Positions 44,133-53,979 of a stretch of 58,092 nucleotides of DNA are shown piece after piece (the stretch's first letter is position 1; each line of letters begins with the position of its first letter). The stretch covers positions 1 through 58,092 of the forward strand of contig JAUXIO010000001.1 in the NCBI GenBank assembly GCA_030620975.1, in the 5' to 3' direction. The position numbers were made by a program, and so were the translations under genes. Origin of the DNA: Dehalococcoidia bacterium (GTDB taxonomy: Bacteria; Chloroflexota; Dehalococcoidia; GIF9; JAUXIO01). The notes beneath the pieces were generated by a model. That model saw nothing but the letters and a program-made list of their open reading frames with translations. It searched no databases and was not told the DNA's origin.

Positions 44133-45509
44133 TTAGATAAATGGACTTGGTTCAGCCTCTAAACTATCGAATTTTACGCTTCTGGCTATAAACCTTAGCT
44201 TTATCTGTCCTATGGGGCCATTCCGATGCTTAGCTATAAAAATATCGGCAATGCCACGAGGGTAAGGCTCCTTCTCGGCATCGTGAGTTTTATACCACTC
44301 GTCTGCAGTATAGTAAACTTCATCGCGGTAAATGAAGAGAACAACATCGGCGTCCTGCTCGATACTCCCACTCTCTCTCAAGTCGGCAAGCTGGGGTATA
44401 TGTGAAGCTCGCCATTCCACGGCGCGGCTAAGTTGAGATACGGCTAGTACCGGCACACCCAATTCTCTGGCGAGTGCCTTCAAGTAGCGAGTCACCTCGC
44501 TAATTTCTTGGACTCGGCTTTCACTCTTAGTATCTCCCTGTACCAGTTGGAGGTAGTCAATGATGATTAAGTCGACGGTATTCTCAAAATCGAGGCGTCG
44601 CGCTTTGCTTCGTATCTCCGATATTCGGAGCTGAGGTGAATCATCAATATATATTGGGAGCTCAGATAGTTTTCCGCTGGCTTCCATAATTTTTCTCTCC
44701 TCCTGCTCGTTGAAAAGCCCAAGGCGGACGTGCTTGGAATCTACCCCAGCTTCGCTGGATAGGAGGCGTTGAACTGCTGTCTCTCTGGACATTTCCAGAC
44801 TGAAGAAGGCCACACAGGCTTTCTGATTGACCGCTGCATTTCTGGCGACGCTCAAAGCTAAGCTGGTTTTACCTAAGCTTGGTCTGCCGGCTAAAATGAT
44901 CAAATCGGACCGCTGTAACCCTCCTAAGAAATCATCTAATGCTGTAAAACCGGTGAGGATGTGAGGGATCTCTCCCTCCCGGAGTTGTATTGGGCCAGCT
45001 TCTTCAAAGTACTGGCTGAGAACTTGGCGAATGGAGACAAAGTCTCTCACGCTCTTTGTCCCCCAGACTCTGAATAGGGCATCTTCGGCCCTGCTAAGGG
45101 CGGCGTTGGTATCCGGCTCAGCTTCATAGCCGATGGCCGCAATTTGGCCGGCAGCGCTGATTAAGTGTCGCATTATTGCTAGCCTAGATACGATTTGAGC
45201 GTAATATTCGATGTGAAGGGATGTGGGCACGATGGACACTAAGTGACTTAGATAGGCAGCTCCGCCGATGTCCTCTAACTTTCCTCGGCGTGCTAACTCG
45301 TGGGCCACGGTAATCTGGTTTATGCCTTCATTGCGCTGGTATAGGGAAAGACAAGCCTTATAGAGCCGTTGATGTCTATCTACAAAGAAATCTTCGGGTT
45401 TAAGTAGCGTAGTAATTTTGAGTATCGCTTCGCTATCTATGAGCAGAGACCCAATTACCGCCTCCTCGGCTTCAATGTCATGGGGAGGTAATTTTTCATT
45501 GGTCGTCAT
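44133..45509 (-). CDS. dnaB: replicative DNA helicase
   Basis: PPHDIEAEEAVIGSLL, Walker A GRPSLGKTS, IIIDYLQL, and SQLSRAVE. Confidence 0.95.
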   Translation of the reverse strand: MTTNEKLPPHDIEAEEAVIGSLLIDSEAILKITTLLKPEDFFVDRHQRLYKACLSLYQRNEGINQITVAHELARRGKLEDIGGAAYLSHLVSIVPTSLHIEYYAQIVSRLAIMRHLISAAGQIAAIGYEAEPDTNAALSRAEDALFRVWGTKSVRDFVSIRQVLSQYFEEAGPIQLREGEIPHILTGFTALDDFLGGLQRSDLIILAGRPSLGKTSLALSVARNAAVNQKACVAFFSLEMSRETAVQRLLSSEAGVDSKHVRLGLFNEQEERKIMEASGKLSELPIYIDDSPQLRISEIRSKARRLDFENTVDLIIIDYLQLVQGDTKSESRVQEISEVTRYLKALARELGVPVLAVSQLSRAVEWRASHIPQLADLRESGSIEQDADVVLFIYRDEVYYTADEWYKTHDAEKEPYPRGIADIFIAKHRNGPIGQIKLRFIARSVKFDSLEAEPSPFI

Positions 45510-45961
45510 TAGGCTTCTTCTTCCTCGACAATCACTGTAATCTTAGGTTCCAAGTCTTTAGCTAATTTAACTGTTAACTCGTAAATACCTAGCTGGTGCA
45601 GGGGTTCTTTTAGCTCAATTTTCCTCTTGTCAATATTGAGGTGGGTGAGTCGTCTAAGTTCATTAGCTATGTCACTGCTGGTAATAGAGCCATAAAGGCG
45701 GTCTTTAATACCTGCTCGAGCCTTTAGTCGAATCTCTTTTCCTTCAAGGGATTGGGCTAGTTCAGCTAACTGGGTCTGGCTGAGAATCTGGCGTTGAGCT
45801 TCTCTTTGAAATTGTGCCTCAACCTGCTCAACTCCTGCCGCTGTGGCCGCCGCTGCTAGCCCTTTGGGTAAGAGAAAATTTCTGGCATAGCCTGGGGTTA
45901 CTTCCTTTATCTCGCCTGCCTTCGCCTTGTTTGGGATGTCTTTTAGGAAGATTACCTTCAT
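45509..45961 (-). CDS. rplI: 50S ribosomal protein L9
   Basis: MKVIFLKD...[21 protein letters not shown]. Confidence 0.95.
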   Translation of the reverse strand: MKVIFLKDIPNKAKAGEIKEVTPGYARNFLLPKGLAAAATAAGVEQVEAQFQREAQRQILSQTQLAELAQSLEGKEIRLKARAGIKDRLYGSITSSDIANELRRLTHLNIDKRKIELKEPLHQLGIYELTVKLAKDLEPKITVIVEEEEA

Positions 45962-45992
45962 TTCAATTCAACATGCTCCAATCTTACTTAAT

Positions 45993-46913
45993 CTATATTC
46001 GATTTAGAAACTTTTCTGCAGAAAGTGCGGCGGTAGCCCCATCGCCTGCAGCGGTTATGGCTTGTCTGGCTGAGTTGTGCCGAATATCTCCAGCGGCAAA
46101 AATACTGGGTATTGATGTTTCCATCACGTCATTAGTAATTATATACCCCGCCTCGTCCAGAGGTAAAATCCCTTTTAAGAATTGGGTATTGGGTTTTAAT
46201 CCAATGGCAATGAAGATGCCGGCTACTTCTAAAGTAAATATTTTATCAGTTTTCAATTGCTTTAGCTTGAGTTGCTTAACTGCGTTCTTACCCTCAATTT
46301 CTCTAACTATGGTGTTCCATAGGATATCTATTTTCCCTTCGACTAAAGCTCTTTCTTGTAAAACTTTACTGGCGCGAAGCTGATTGCGGCGATGGATAAG
46401 CTTAACCGATGAGGCGAACTTGCTGAGGGCAAGAGCCTCGGTGAGGGCAACGTCGCCTCCACCAACCACAGCTACTGCTTTGTTTTGAAAGAAGGGGGCA
46501 TCACAAGTGGCACAGAAAGAAACCCCTTTACCGATGAACCTGTCTTCGTTGGGCAACCCCAGTTTGCGGCGTTGTGAGCCTGCAGCCAGAATTACCGCAT
46601 CGGCTGTAAAACTGCCTTCTGTAGTATCCACTATTTTATTTTTGTTTTGAAGTTTCAGGCTGGTAACTTCGGCAATCAGAGTTTCAAGCCCATAGCTTGT
46701 TGCTTGCTGATACATGAACTGACCCAACTCGAAGCCAGAAATACCTTTGGAGAAACCGGGATAATTCTCAATCTGCTCTGCATTTACTATCTGCCCACCC
46801 ATTGCCCCCCTCTCTATGAGCAAGGTATGAAGTTTAGCTCTGGAGGTATAGAGTCCGGCGCTAAGCCCGGCGGGACCACCGCCAATGATTATCACTCGAT
46901 AATTTCTGCTCAT
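45993..46913 (-). CDS. trxB: thioredoxin-disulfide reductase
   Basis: IIIGGGPAGLSAG, the redox-active CATCD, and GGGDVA. Confidence 0.9.
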   Translation of the reverse strand: MSRNYRVIIIGGGPAGLSAGLYTSRAKLHTLLIERGAMGGQIVNAEQIENYPGFSKGISGFELGQFMYQQATSYGLETLIAEVTSLKLQNKNKIVDTTEGSFTADAVILAAGSQRRKLGLPNEDRFIGKGVSFCATCDAPFFQNKAVAVVGGGDVALTEALALSKFASSVKLIHRRNQLRASKVLQERALVEGKIDILWNTIVREIEGKNAVKQLKLKQLKTDKIFTLEVAGIFIAIGLKPNTQFLKGILPLDEAGYIITNDVMETSIPSIFAAGDIRHNSARQAITAAGDGATAALSAEKFLNRI

Positions 46914-46916
46914 AAG

Positions 46917-47894
46917 TCAAAGATCTTTGTGGCTGGTAGCTGTCCTTTCCCACAGATCGCAGCGCCCTCCCCACCTAGCTAAAACCTTACCGTTAAGCGA
47001 GAGTTGAATGATCTCACACTGATTGGGGCAGGCTTTGCATTCAAAAGCGGAGGTATGGTATTTCGCTTCGCTGGTGCTAAATCCTCTAAATTGTGTCTTA
47101 TTACCATTAATGTCCGTTTCTTCGTGTACTAATAGAGCGGCACCAATGGCTCCCAGAACTTCATGGTGAGGGGGGACGATGATTTGGGTGTTTAGATTCT
47201 CCTCTAGTGCTTTGACCATGCCCTGATTAAAGGCAACTCCACCTTGAAATACCACCGGAGGCTGAATTTCCTTCCCCAGGGCGACGTTATTGAGGTAATT
47301 ACGCGCTAAGGCCTGGCATAAGCCATAGAGAATGTCTTCGGTTTGGTGCCCCATCTGCTGCTTGTGAATCATATCCGATTCAGCGAACACAGTGCACCGT
47401 CCGGCTATGCGGACTGGCATTTTGCTTTTCAGAGCGCGCTGTCCAAACTCCTCAATGCCTACGTTGAGGCGCGAAGCTTGATGGTCAAGAAAGCTGCCGG
47501 TGCCTGCGGCGCATACCGTGTTCATACCGAAGTCAGTGACTATGCCATCGCGGATGATTATAATTTTACTATCCTGCCCCCCGATTTCGATGACGGTGCG
47601 CACATTGGGTATATAATGCATGGTGGCGATTGCCTGGGTGGTAATTTCATTTTTTACTAAATCAGCGCCCATGATCACCCCAGCTAGATACCGAGCGCTG
47701 CCGGTAGTGGCCACTCCGCAAATCTCTGCATTTGGGGGCATCTGCCGCTCAATCTGTTTTAGCCCCTCTTGAATTACGGCAATGGGTTTTCCCTGGGTGT
47801 GTAGATAGTTGGCAGTGATGAGCTGGTTATCTTGGTCAAGCAGGGCCAGCTTGGTGGTTACTGAACCGACATCAATGCCAAGATAAGTTTTCAC
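46917..47894 (-). CDS. BadF/BadG/BcrA/BcrD-type ATPase (2-hydroxyacyl-CoA dehydratase activase-like)
   Basis: LGIDVGSVTTK, CAAGTGSFLD, and GRCTVFAESDMI (bridging-cluster Cys positions). A Cys-rich tail (CKACPNQCEI...GGRCD) follows. Confidence 0.85.
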   Translation of the reverse strand: MKTYLGIDVGSVTTKLALLDQDNQLITANYLHTQGKPIAVIQEGLKQIERQMPPNAEICGVATTGSARYLAGVIMGADLVKNEITTQAIATMHYIPNVRTVIEIGGQDSKIIIIRDGIVTDFGMNTVCAAGTGSFLDHQASRLNVGIEEFGQRALKSKMPVRIAGRCTVFAESDMIHKQQMGHQTEDILYGLCQALARNYLNNVALGKEIQPPVVFQGGVAFNQGMVKALEENLNTQIIVPPHHEVLGAIGAALLVHEETDINGNKTQFRGFSTSEAKYHTSAFECKACPNQCEIIQLSLNGKVLARWGGRCDLWERTATSHKDL

Positions 47895-48993
47895 GATTTC
47901 CCCTCGTCCCGCTTGTGAGTTTGGGCCTCCTCCGTCTGAACTTTAGAAGATCGACGAAGGCTTCGAGCCTGGTTAACATTCCTGGCTTAGCCATTTGTTC
48001 ATCGCATAGAATGGTAAGTACTGGGATATCCTCCTTGGTTGAGGGCATAATATTCTGGGCTACCGTTTCCGGCATACAGGTAAAGGGGGCCACGTGAATT
48101 ATACCATCGTACTCTTTGGCGTGAAGTACTTTTTCTCCCACTGATTCCCAACCGTCACCACCAACATCGCGCTTTAGATAAGGCATAGCTGCTTTATGAA
48201 CCCTTTTCCATTCGTCTATGCCCAGCGAGTTGAGGAAGAGGCTAAATTTAGTCCATTGGGAGAAGAAGAGGCTCCGCTTTACTTCCACCCCCAACTTGCC
48301 TAATTCTACCTCAAGATCCATATTGGAGAAAGGGTCTAGAACAACAAAAATCTCGCCAATTATGCCCACCTTGAGTGGGTCTGCTCGGTCATCTTTTGCC
48401 ATTTGGCCCAGCTTTTCAATGTATTCTGTGGTTATCTTTTTTAGGGCAGCGTGCTCACTCAGCTCGTCAATGGCCTTGATGCTCTCCTTAAATATCTTGT
48501 TGGCGGTTCCCTTTTCTAGCTCCACTGCCCTCACTTTGTGAATTACCTTCTCTATGTTATCTAGAGCTGCCAGCTTGGCTAAGCCAAAGTGGAAGGCGGA
48601 GATGATTTTCGACCAGGGGGAATTGTTGGACACGCGCTTGATGAGCTGAAGAAGACCGACGAGTTTGTTTTGAGATACGTCGAAGGTGAGCATCTCAATA
48701 TCGTAGCCCAAATCATGAAGAATTTGCTTTTGAACTTTGGCATAGTAACTTAATCGGCAGATACCGATCCCCCCTGCCTGGAGCACGCTATCTGCTCCTA
48801 GCTCGCAGGCTTCGATAAGATTGCCCAAGGTGAGCTTGAAGGGGAGACATGTTCCCTCGGGAGCGTACCGGACTCCAAGGTCTAGCGTCCTCCGAGTACT
48901 TGGCGGTGGTACTACTAATTCAGTGCCCAGCTCTTTAAATATGGTTCTCAGTGGGATATAAATGTTACCAGCATGAGGGATGCCTACGCGCAT
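47872..48993 (-). CDS. acyl-CoA dehydratase activase-related protein (DUF2229-like), copy B
   Basis: The RVGIPHAGNIYIP...EGTCLPFKLTLGNL N-terminal pattern is paralogous to 48984-49979. It overlaps both neighbouring genes. Confidence 0.65.
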   Translation of the reverse strand: MRVGIPHAGNIYIPLRTIFKELGTELVVPPPSTRRTLDLGVRYAPEGTCLPFKLTLGNLIEACELGADSVLQAGGIGICRLSYYAKVQKQILHDLGYDIEMLTFDVSQNKLVGLLQLIKRVSNNSPWSKIISAFHFGLAKLAALDNIEKVIHKVRAVELEKGTANKIFKESIKAIDELSEHAALKKITTEYIEKLGQMAKDDRADPLKVGIIGEIFVVLDPFSNMDLEVELGKLGVEVKRSLFFSQWTKFSLFLNSLGIDEWKRVHKAAMPYLKRDVGGDGWESVGEKVLHAKEYDGIIHVAPFTCMPETVAQNIMPSTKEDIPVLTILCDEQMAKPGMLTRLEAFVDLLKFRRRRPKLTSGTRGNRENLSWH

Positions 48994-49979
48994 GATTGCC
49001 CTCTTTTTCTCCTCTTAACCATATCCAAGAAAGCCTCAAGGCGGGTGAGCATTCCCCCCTCAGCGGTGTGTTCGTCTAAAGTGAGATAGAGGAAGGGAGC
49101 CTTAAGTTGTCTGGCGCGCCTTTGTATTATATTCATCATCATCGAGTCGGGACCGCAGGCAAAAGCGGCAAGGCCAATTATACCATCAACTTTTGTCTGG
49201 AGATAATATCCTCCGGCTCCAACTACATCAGCTTCATAGGTCCAGCGAGGGTTACCTACTAAGCTGGTCATAGCTGCATCAAGTGCCTGCTCACTTACCA
49301 TTTCGGGGGTTAGGACTTTGGCTCCCATGGCCTGCACTTGAGTGATGAGTCGGTGATTAATATAGTCATCGTAGATAAGGTAAGGATGTCCAATAACGGC
49401 GATGTTCAATAGTGGAGGCGAATCATTTTCAGCTAAGTCCACTTGATGGCGTTTGTCACACATCTTGTCGGTGATTTGGGTTGGCATTAGCCCTTCGCTG
49501 GACATTTTTTGGCGATAAGCCAAATAAATTTTCCAGGCCTTTTTCGTTGCCTTTTCAATCCTAAGTGGATTCTTGGTGAAGTGGCGGCCCAAGCTGTAAA
49601 TGGCGCGGTATAGGGAATATTTACTTTTGTTAGCGTCTATTTCAATATCAAGTATGGGTGGGGATTCTGGAATCACAGCTTTGGTTATATCGGGCAAACC
49701 GAGGAGCTTGGAGCAGTTGTAAGCATTCTTTCCCATGCTGCGGATAACTGGGATAAACATGTAGTCACATTTATCTGCTAGGGAGAGGACGTGGCCACAG
49801 AATATCTTTACTGGCAGGCAAGTTTCGGCAACAGTTCGAGAGCAACCTGAGGTAACTATATCTTTGGTTGTTGGTGGCGAGATAGCCGTTTCTACGCCAA
49901 ATTCCTCAAAGAAAGCTTGCCACATGGGGTAATATTGATAATAAAGCAGAGCTCTGGGGATACCTACTCTGGTCGTCAT
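48984..49979 (-). CDS. acyl-CoA dehydratase activase-related protein (DUF2229-like), copy A
   Basis: RVGIPRALLYYQYYPMWQAFFEEFGVE...ETCLPVKIFCGHV is typical of the uncharacterised domain fused to activases in many anaerobes. Confidence 0.65.
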   Translation of the reverse strand: MTTRVGIPRALLYYQYYPMWQAFFEEFGVETAISPPTTKDIVTSGCSRTVAETCLPVKIFCGHVLSLADKCDYMFIPVIRSMGKNAYNCSKLLGLPDITKAVIPESPPILDIEIDANKSKYSLYRAIYSLGRHFTKNPLRIEKATKKAWKIYLAYRQKMSSEGLMPTQITDKMCDKRHQVDLAENDSPPLLNIAVIGHPYLIYDDYINHRLITQVQAMGAKVLTPEMVSEQALDAAMTSLVGNPRWTYEADVVGAGGYYLQTKVDGIIGLAAFACGPDSMMMNIIQRRARQLKAPFLYLTLDEHTAEGGMLTRLEAFLDMVKRRKRGQSCA

Positions 49980-51145
49980 TTTTGCCGAAAAGCCTCTTTA
50001 ATGCTGGTTAAAGTCTCGGGCTCGCTGAGAACATCAACTGCGGTCATGGCCATTGCTTTAGCTGCATCTACTAGCGCGGCGTGGCCGGCTTCTGATGCGG
50101 CCGCCTTGGCAAATTCAGGTGTGTGCGTTGATACTTCGTCTGGGGCGATGGTCACTGAGGCGTGAATGCTGGGCACTAGTTGACTGACGTTACCCATATC
50201 TGTGCTGCCAAAGCCAAAGCGAGTTTCGTAGGGCTCTATCTTTCTTCCCAAGGATTCCAAGTTGTGGCTGAACAACTGAGCTAGAACTGGATTATTGTTC
50301 ATTGGTGCGTAGGTTTTGTCTCCCCACTCATATTTGAGTTGGGCTCCAGTAGCTAAAGATGCCCCGATAAAGCAGTCTAATAATTTTTCTTTTAGCTCCT
50401 CAAGGTAGGCGCTGTCCTCGGCGCGGACTAGAAATTTGGCAGCACTATGGGCTGGCACCACATTAGCCGCTTTACCGCCATCGGTAATGATGCCGTGGAT
50501 GCGTGCTTTCTCCCTTATCTGTTGGCGAAGAGAGTTTATGGCAGTAAAGGCCATAATCATAGCTTCTAGAGCATTGATGCCTTTGTGGGGTTGAGCTGCG
50601 GCATGAGCCGACTTGCCAATAAACTCAACACAGAGGGGTATACAGGCTAGCGTTTGGGTGGTCGCCATATTCCGTGTCCCTGGATGTACCATCATGGCTA
50701 TATCTACTTTATCGAAGGCTCCTCTTTCTACCATTATTATCTTACCTCCAAAAAGCTCCTCGCCCGGGGTGCCCAGGATTAAGATGCTGCCTCCAACTTG
50801 GTCAATGGCGACCTTGCTGGCAATCCCAGCCCCAATTGCCGAGCTGGCTATTATATTGTGACCGCAGCCATGCCCAAGTTCAGGCAGGGCGTCATATTCG
50901 GCAACTAGAGCAATTAGCGGTTTACCACTGCCATATATGCCTCGAAATGCCGTCTTTAAACCGGTTATACCTCTTTCTACTCGGAAGCCATTTTTTTCAA
51001 TATAGTCACTTAGCCAAGCTGCTGCTTTCCTTTCCTGTAAACCTAGCTCGGGATTGGCATGAATCTTTAGGCTTAGTTCAATAAGCTCTTGATGGCGAAG
51101 ATTTACTTGCTCCTTTACTTTTGTCTTTAATTCTTCCTTTTTCAA
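49976..51145 (-). CDS. M20 family amidohydrolase/peptidase
   Basis: ALPELGHGCGHN metal-binding region, GTPGEE, and M20D-like length (389 aa). Confidence 0.85.
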   Translation of the reverse strand: MKKEELKTKVKEQVNLRHQELIELSLKIHANPELGLQERKAAAWLSDYIEKNGFRVERGITGLKTAFRGIYGSGKPLIALVAEYDALPELGHGCGHNIIASSAIGAGIASKVAIDQVGGSILILGTPGEELFGGKIIMVERGAFDKVDIAMMVHPGTRNMATTQTLACIPLCVEFIGKSAHAAAQPHKGINALEAMIMAFTAINSLRQQIREKARIHGIITDGGKAANVVPAHSAAKFLVRAEDSAYLEELKEKLLDCFIGASLATGAQLKYEWGDKTYAPMNNNPVLAQLFSHNLESLGRKIEPYETRFGFGSTDMGNVSQLVPSIHASVTIAPDEVSTHTPEFAKAAASEAGHAALVDAAKAMAMTAVDVLSEPETLTSIKEAFRQK

Positions 51146-51292
51146 TCGCTTGCCCCTTTCATACAGATATTATAACCCATGGAGTATGAGGGCTTCTAGG
51201 CTAGGAATGGTGAGATAATGGTATCCAGCTTGACACTAAAGCCGTCTGAACTTATAATAAGCCCAGTTTTTATCTTTGCTGTGAAAATAGAA

Positions 51293-51850
51293 ATGAGTAG
51301 TGGGCAAAAGGGAGCTAATAAAGACTCCTTGTGGAGTGGGATAAATGTTGCCCGATTGCTGGAGGAGCCCGTCGGTTCGACCCGCAATTATCATATGGAT
51401 GAATCTATTGGGGAAGAAACCATGCACTTCATCAAGGGAGAGGTAACCTTGACTCGTAGCAGTCAAGGTATTTTAATGCAGGGAACATTAACAGCTCATG
51501 TAGAGCTGGTCTGCAGTCGCTGCCTGAATGCCTTCGATCTTCCCATTAATTTCAATATTGCTGAAGAATTCTTACCTACGTTTGATGTGCATACTGGTTT
51601 GCCGCTAGCTTTACCTGAGGAGTGTGATAACCTCACTATTGACGAGGACCACGTTCTTGATTTTGGTGAAGTGGTACGTCAGTATATTTTACTCAATATG
51701 CCCATGAGGCCGCTTTGCCATCCTGATTGTGCTGGATTTTACTTATCCGCTGACCATAGTCCCGGTCGAAATTCACATGAAACTGAGCGTTGTGATTATC
51801 GGTGGTCGAAACTCAAACAACTGAATTTGGACAGGCGAGGTAAAGTTTAA
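51293..51850 (+). CDS. yceD: YceD/DUF177 family protein
   Basis: Conserved position immediately upstream of rpmF. CSRCL...C-terminal CHPDC pattern. The start is uncertain (the track ORF begins at 51218). Confidence 0.7.
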   Translation: MSSGQKGANKDSLWSGINVARLLEEPVGSTRNYHMDESIGEETMHFIKGEVTLTRSSQGILMQGTLTAHVELVCSRCLNAFDLPINFNIAEEFLPTFDVHTGLPLALPEECDNLTIDEDHVLDFGEVVRQYILLNMPMRPLCHPDCAGFYLSADHSPGRNSHETERCDYRWSKLKQLNLDRRGKV

Positions 51851-52051
51851 GTGTCACCTGTACCTAAGAGAAAATATGCTAAAGCCCGCCAGGGGAAAAG
51901 GCGCAGTCATCTTCATTTAAGCCTGCCTCCATTGGATGAGTGTCCCCAGTGTCACAGCCCCAAGCTGGCTCATCGCGTTTGCCCCACTTGTGGTAGCTAT
52001 GCTGGTAGGGAAGTTATTCGGATCAAAAGTCCAAAGAAAAAAGCTAGCTGA
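51851..52051 (+). CDS. rpmF: 50S ribosomal protein L32
   Basis: PVPKRKYAKARQGKRRSH and a CPQC...CPTCG zinc ribbon. GTG start. Confidence 0.9.
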   Translation: MSPVPKRKYAKARQGKRRSHLHLSLPPLDECPQCHSPKLAHRVCPTCGSYAGREVIRIKSPKKKAS

Positions 52052-52083
52052 TGTTTTTGGGGAGTTGCTGAAGGAGGCAAATT

Positions 52084-53031
52084 TTGCTTAGGACCTCCCT
52101 TTGTGATCTGCTGGGCATCGAGTACCCAATCATTCAAGGGGGGATGGCACATCTGGGGACGGCAGAACTCGTATCAGCCGTGTCTAACGCTGGTGGGTTA
52201 GGTGTGATTGGTAGTGCGGCTGCTTCTCCAGATTGGTTGACAAAGCAAATCCACTTGACTAGGGACAGGACCGATAAGCCATTTGCCGTGAATATTGTGT
52301 TGCTAGCTCCTTTCCTTGAAGAGAATCTAGAAGTTGCTTTAAAGGAGAGGGTAGGTATTGTCATTTTTGGTGGGGGTAACCCGAGCGCTTATATTCATAA
52401 ATTGAAAGAGGCTGGAGTGAAGGTGATATCGGTTATTTCCAGTGTAGCTTTGGCTAGACGTTTGGAAAGATTTGGAGTGGATGGCATCATTGCTGAAGGA
52501 ATGGAGGCGGGTGGGCACATTGGTGAGGTCACTACTATGGCTTTGGTTCCCCAGGTGGCAGACGGTGTTAGGCTGCCGGTAGTAGCTGCGGGTGGGATTG
52601 CTGATGGTCGAGGCATGGCAGCTGCTTTGGCCTTGGGAGCTCAAGGCGTGCAGATGGGGACGCGTTTTATTTGTTCCGAAGAATGCATTGCTCATCTCGG
52701 GTTTAAAGAGCGAATTCTTAAAGCGCATGACAGAGCTACTGTAGTTACTGGGGGAACGACGGGGCATCCAGTACGTTGTCTTGAAAATAAGGTGACTCGC
52801 CAGTTTATTGCGCTGGAGCGGGATGGGGTGGCTAAGGAGGTATTGGAGGAATTTGGCATGGGCAGGTTGTATTTGGGAGTCATTGAGGGTAATATGGATG
52901 AAGGCTCGCTTATGGCGGGGCAGATAGCTGGATTGATAAGGGGAATAAAGCCAGCTAAGGCTATTGTTGAGGATATTGTGGCTGAAGCCGAGGAAGTGAT
53001 TAATAAACTTGAGGAGGTAGTTCATGGTTGA
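52084..53031 (+). CDS. fabK: enoyl-ACP reductase FabK-type (NPD/nitronate monooxygenase fold flavoprotein)
   Basis: LLGIEYPIIQGGMA, AEGMEAGGHIG, and AAGGIADGRG. TTG start with SD AAGGAGG. Confidence 0.75.
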   Translation: MLRTSLCDLLGIEYPIIQGGMAHLGTAELVSAVSNAGGLGVIGSAAASPDWLTKQIHLTRDRTDKPFAVNIVLLAPFLEENLEVALKERVGIVIFGGGNPSAYIHKLKEAGVKVISVISSVALARRLERFGVDGIIAEGMEAGGHIGEVTTMALVPQVADGVRLPVVAAGGIADGRGMAAALALGAQGVQMGTRFICSEECIAHLGFKERILKAHDRATVVTGGTTGHPVRCLENKVTRQFIALERDGVAKEVLEEFGMGRLYLGVIEGNMDEGSLMAGQIAGLIRGIKPAKAIVEDIVAEAEEVINKLEEVVHG

Positions 53032-53968
53032 GCAAGTAAAGGTTGCCTATGTGTTCCCAGGACAGAGTTCATGGGCAGTTGGTATGGGGCTTGATATTGT
53101 CGTTCACTATGCTTCTGCAAGGGAGGTTTTTGATGAGGTGGATAGGGTTTTAGGTTTTCCTCTCTCGAGATTGTGTTTTGAAGGCCCTGAGGAAGAGCTC
53201 ATTCAGACCTTCAATATCCAGCCAGCGGTGTTGACAACAAGTATTGCTTGTCTTAAAGCTGCCCAAGAGGTCAGTGGCGAAAGCATGCCAGCGGCTACTT
53301 TTCTTGCCGGGCATGGTTTGGGTGAGTATGCGGCACTGGTAGCTGGCAATGCGGTTAGCTTGGCTGATGCAGTGTGTCTTGTTCGAGAGCGGGGGCGGCT
53401 GATGCATGAGGCTGGTCGCAGAAAACCAGGGGGAATGTTGACCATAGTAGGCCTTAAACAAGATATTGTTGAGTATATTTGCCTTAATACCGGCACCACG
53501 ATTTCCAATATTAATTCTCCGAGCCAGATTGTGATTAGCGGCGCCGAGGACAATCTGACTAAAGCGTGGAGGCTGGCTCGGACAAAGGGCGCGCGCCGCA
53601 TTATCCCTCTAAAGGTGAGCGGTGCTTTTTATTCTTCTATGATGGAGCCGGCCACGGCTGGCTTGAGTGAAGCTATCTCAAGTTTTACCTTTCGTGATTC
53701 GTCAGTCCCAATCGTAGCTAATGTCACTGCTCAGCCGGTGACCGATGTCAAGTCAATAAAGGAGGAACTGGTCAGTCAGCTATATCGTTGCATCCAATGG
53801 CGAGATTCCATAGAGAACATGATAGCTAGAGGGGTAACTAACTTTTTTGAGATAGGTCATGGCGAAGTTCTTACCGGCCTAATCAAGCAAATTAGTCCCG
53901 GGGTGCGGACTTTCAATGTCGGAGACTTGACCAGCGTTAGAGAAATAGCAAAGTGGCGGAGGATGTGA
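53024..53968 (+). CDS. fabD: malonyl-CoA:ACP transacylase homologue with a substituted catalytic dyad
   Basis: Overall FabD pattern (FPGQ..., RERGRLM, IQW, GHGEVLTGL). However, GHSLGE reads GHGLGE (codon 53315-53317) and GAFHS reads GAFYS (codon 53630-53632). Confidence 0.75.
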   Translation: MVEQVKVAYVFPGQSSWAVGMGLDIVVHYASAREVFDEVDRVLGFPLSRLCFEGPEEELIQTFNIQPAVLTTSIACLKAAQEVSGESMPAATFLAGHGLGEYAALVAGNAVSLADAVCLVRERGRLMHEAGRRKPGGMLTIVGLKQDIVEYICLNTGTTISNINSPSQIVISGAEDNLTKAWRLARTKGARRIIPLKVSGAFYSSMMEPATAGLSEAISSFTFRDSSVPIVANVTAQPVTDVKSIKEELVSQLYRCIQWRDSIENMIARGVTNFFEIGHGEVLTGLIKQISPGVRTFNVGDLTSVREIAKWRRM

Positions 53969-53979
53969 CTGCATGACTG

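Noticed and set aside
45814-46383. 189-aa plus-strand ORF across the rplI/trxB junction
   Set aside because: It is antisense to two well-supported genes and has a Leu/Ser/Pro-rich low-complexity composition.
51374-51383. GGTTCGACCC, a tRNA T-arm-like string
   Set aside because: It lies inside the yceD coding frame (EPVGSTR). No acceptor or anticodon stems can be built around it. No tRNA was found anywhere in the window.
52339-53025. 228-aa ORF antisense to fabK
   Set aside because: A shadow ORF. The fabK frame has the FMN-binding motifs.
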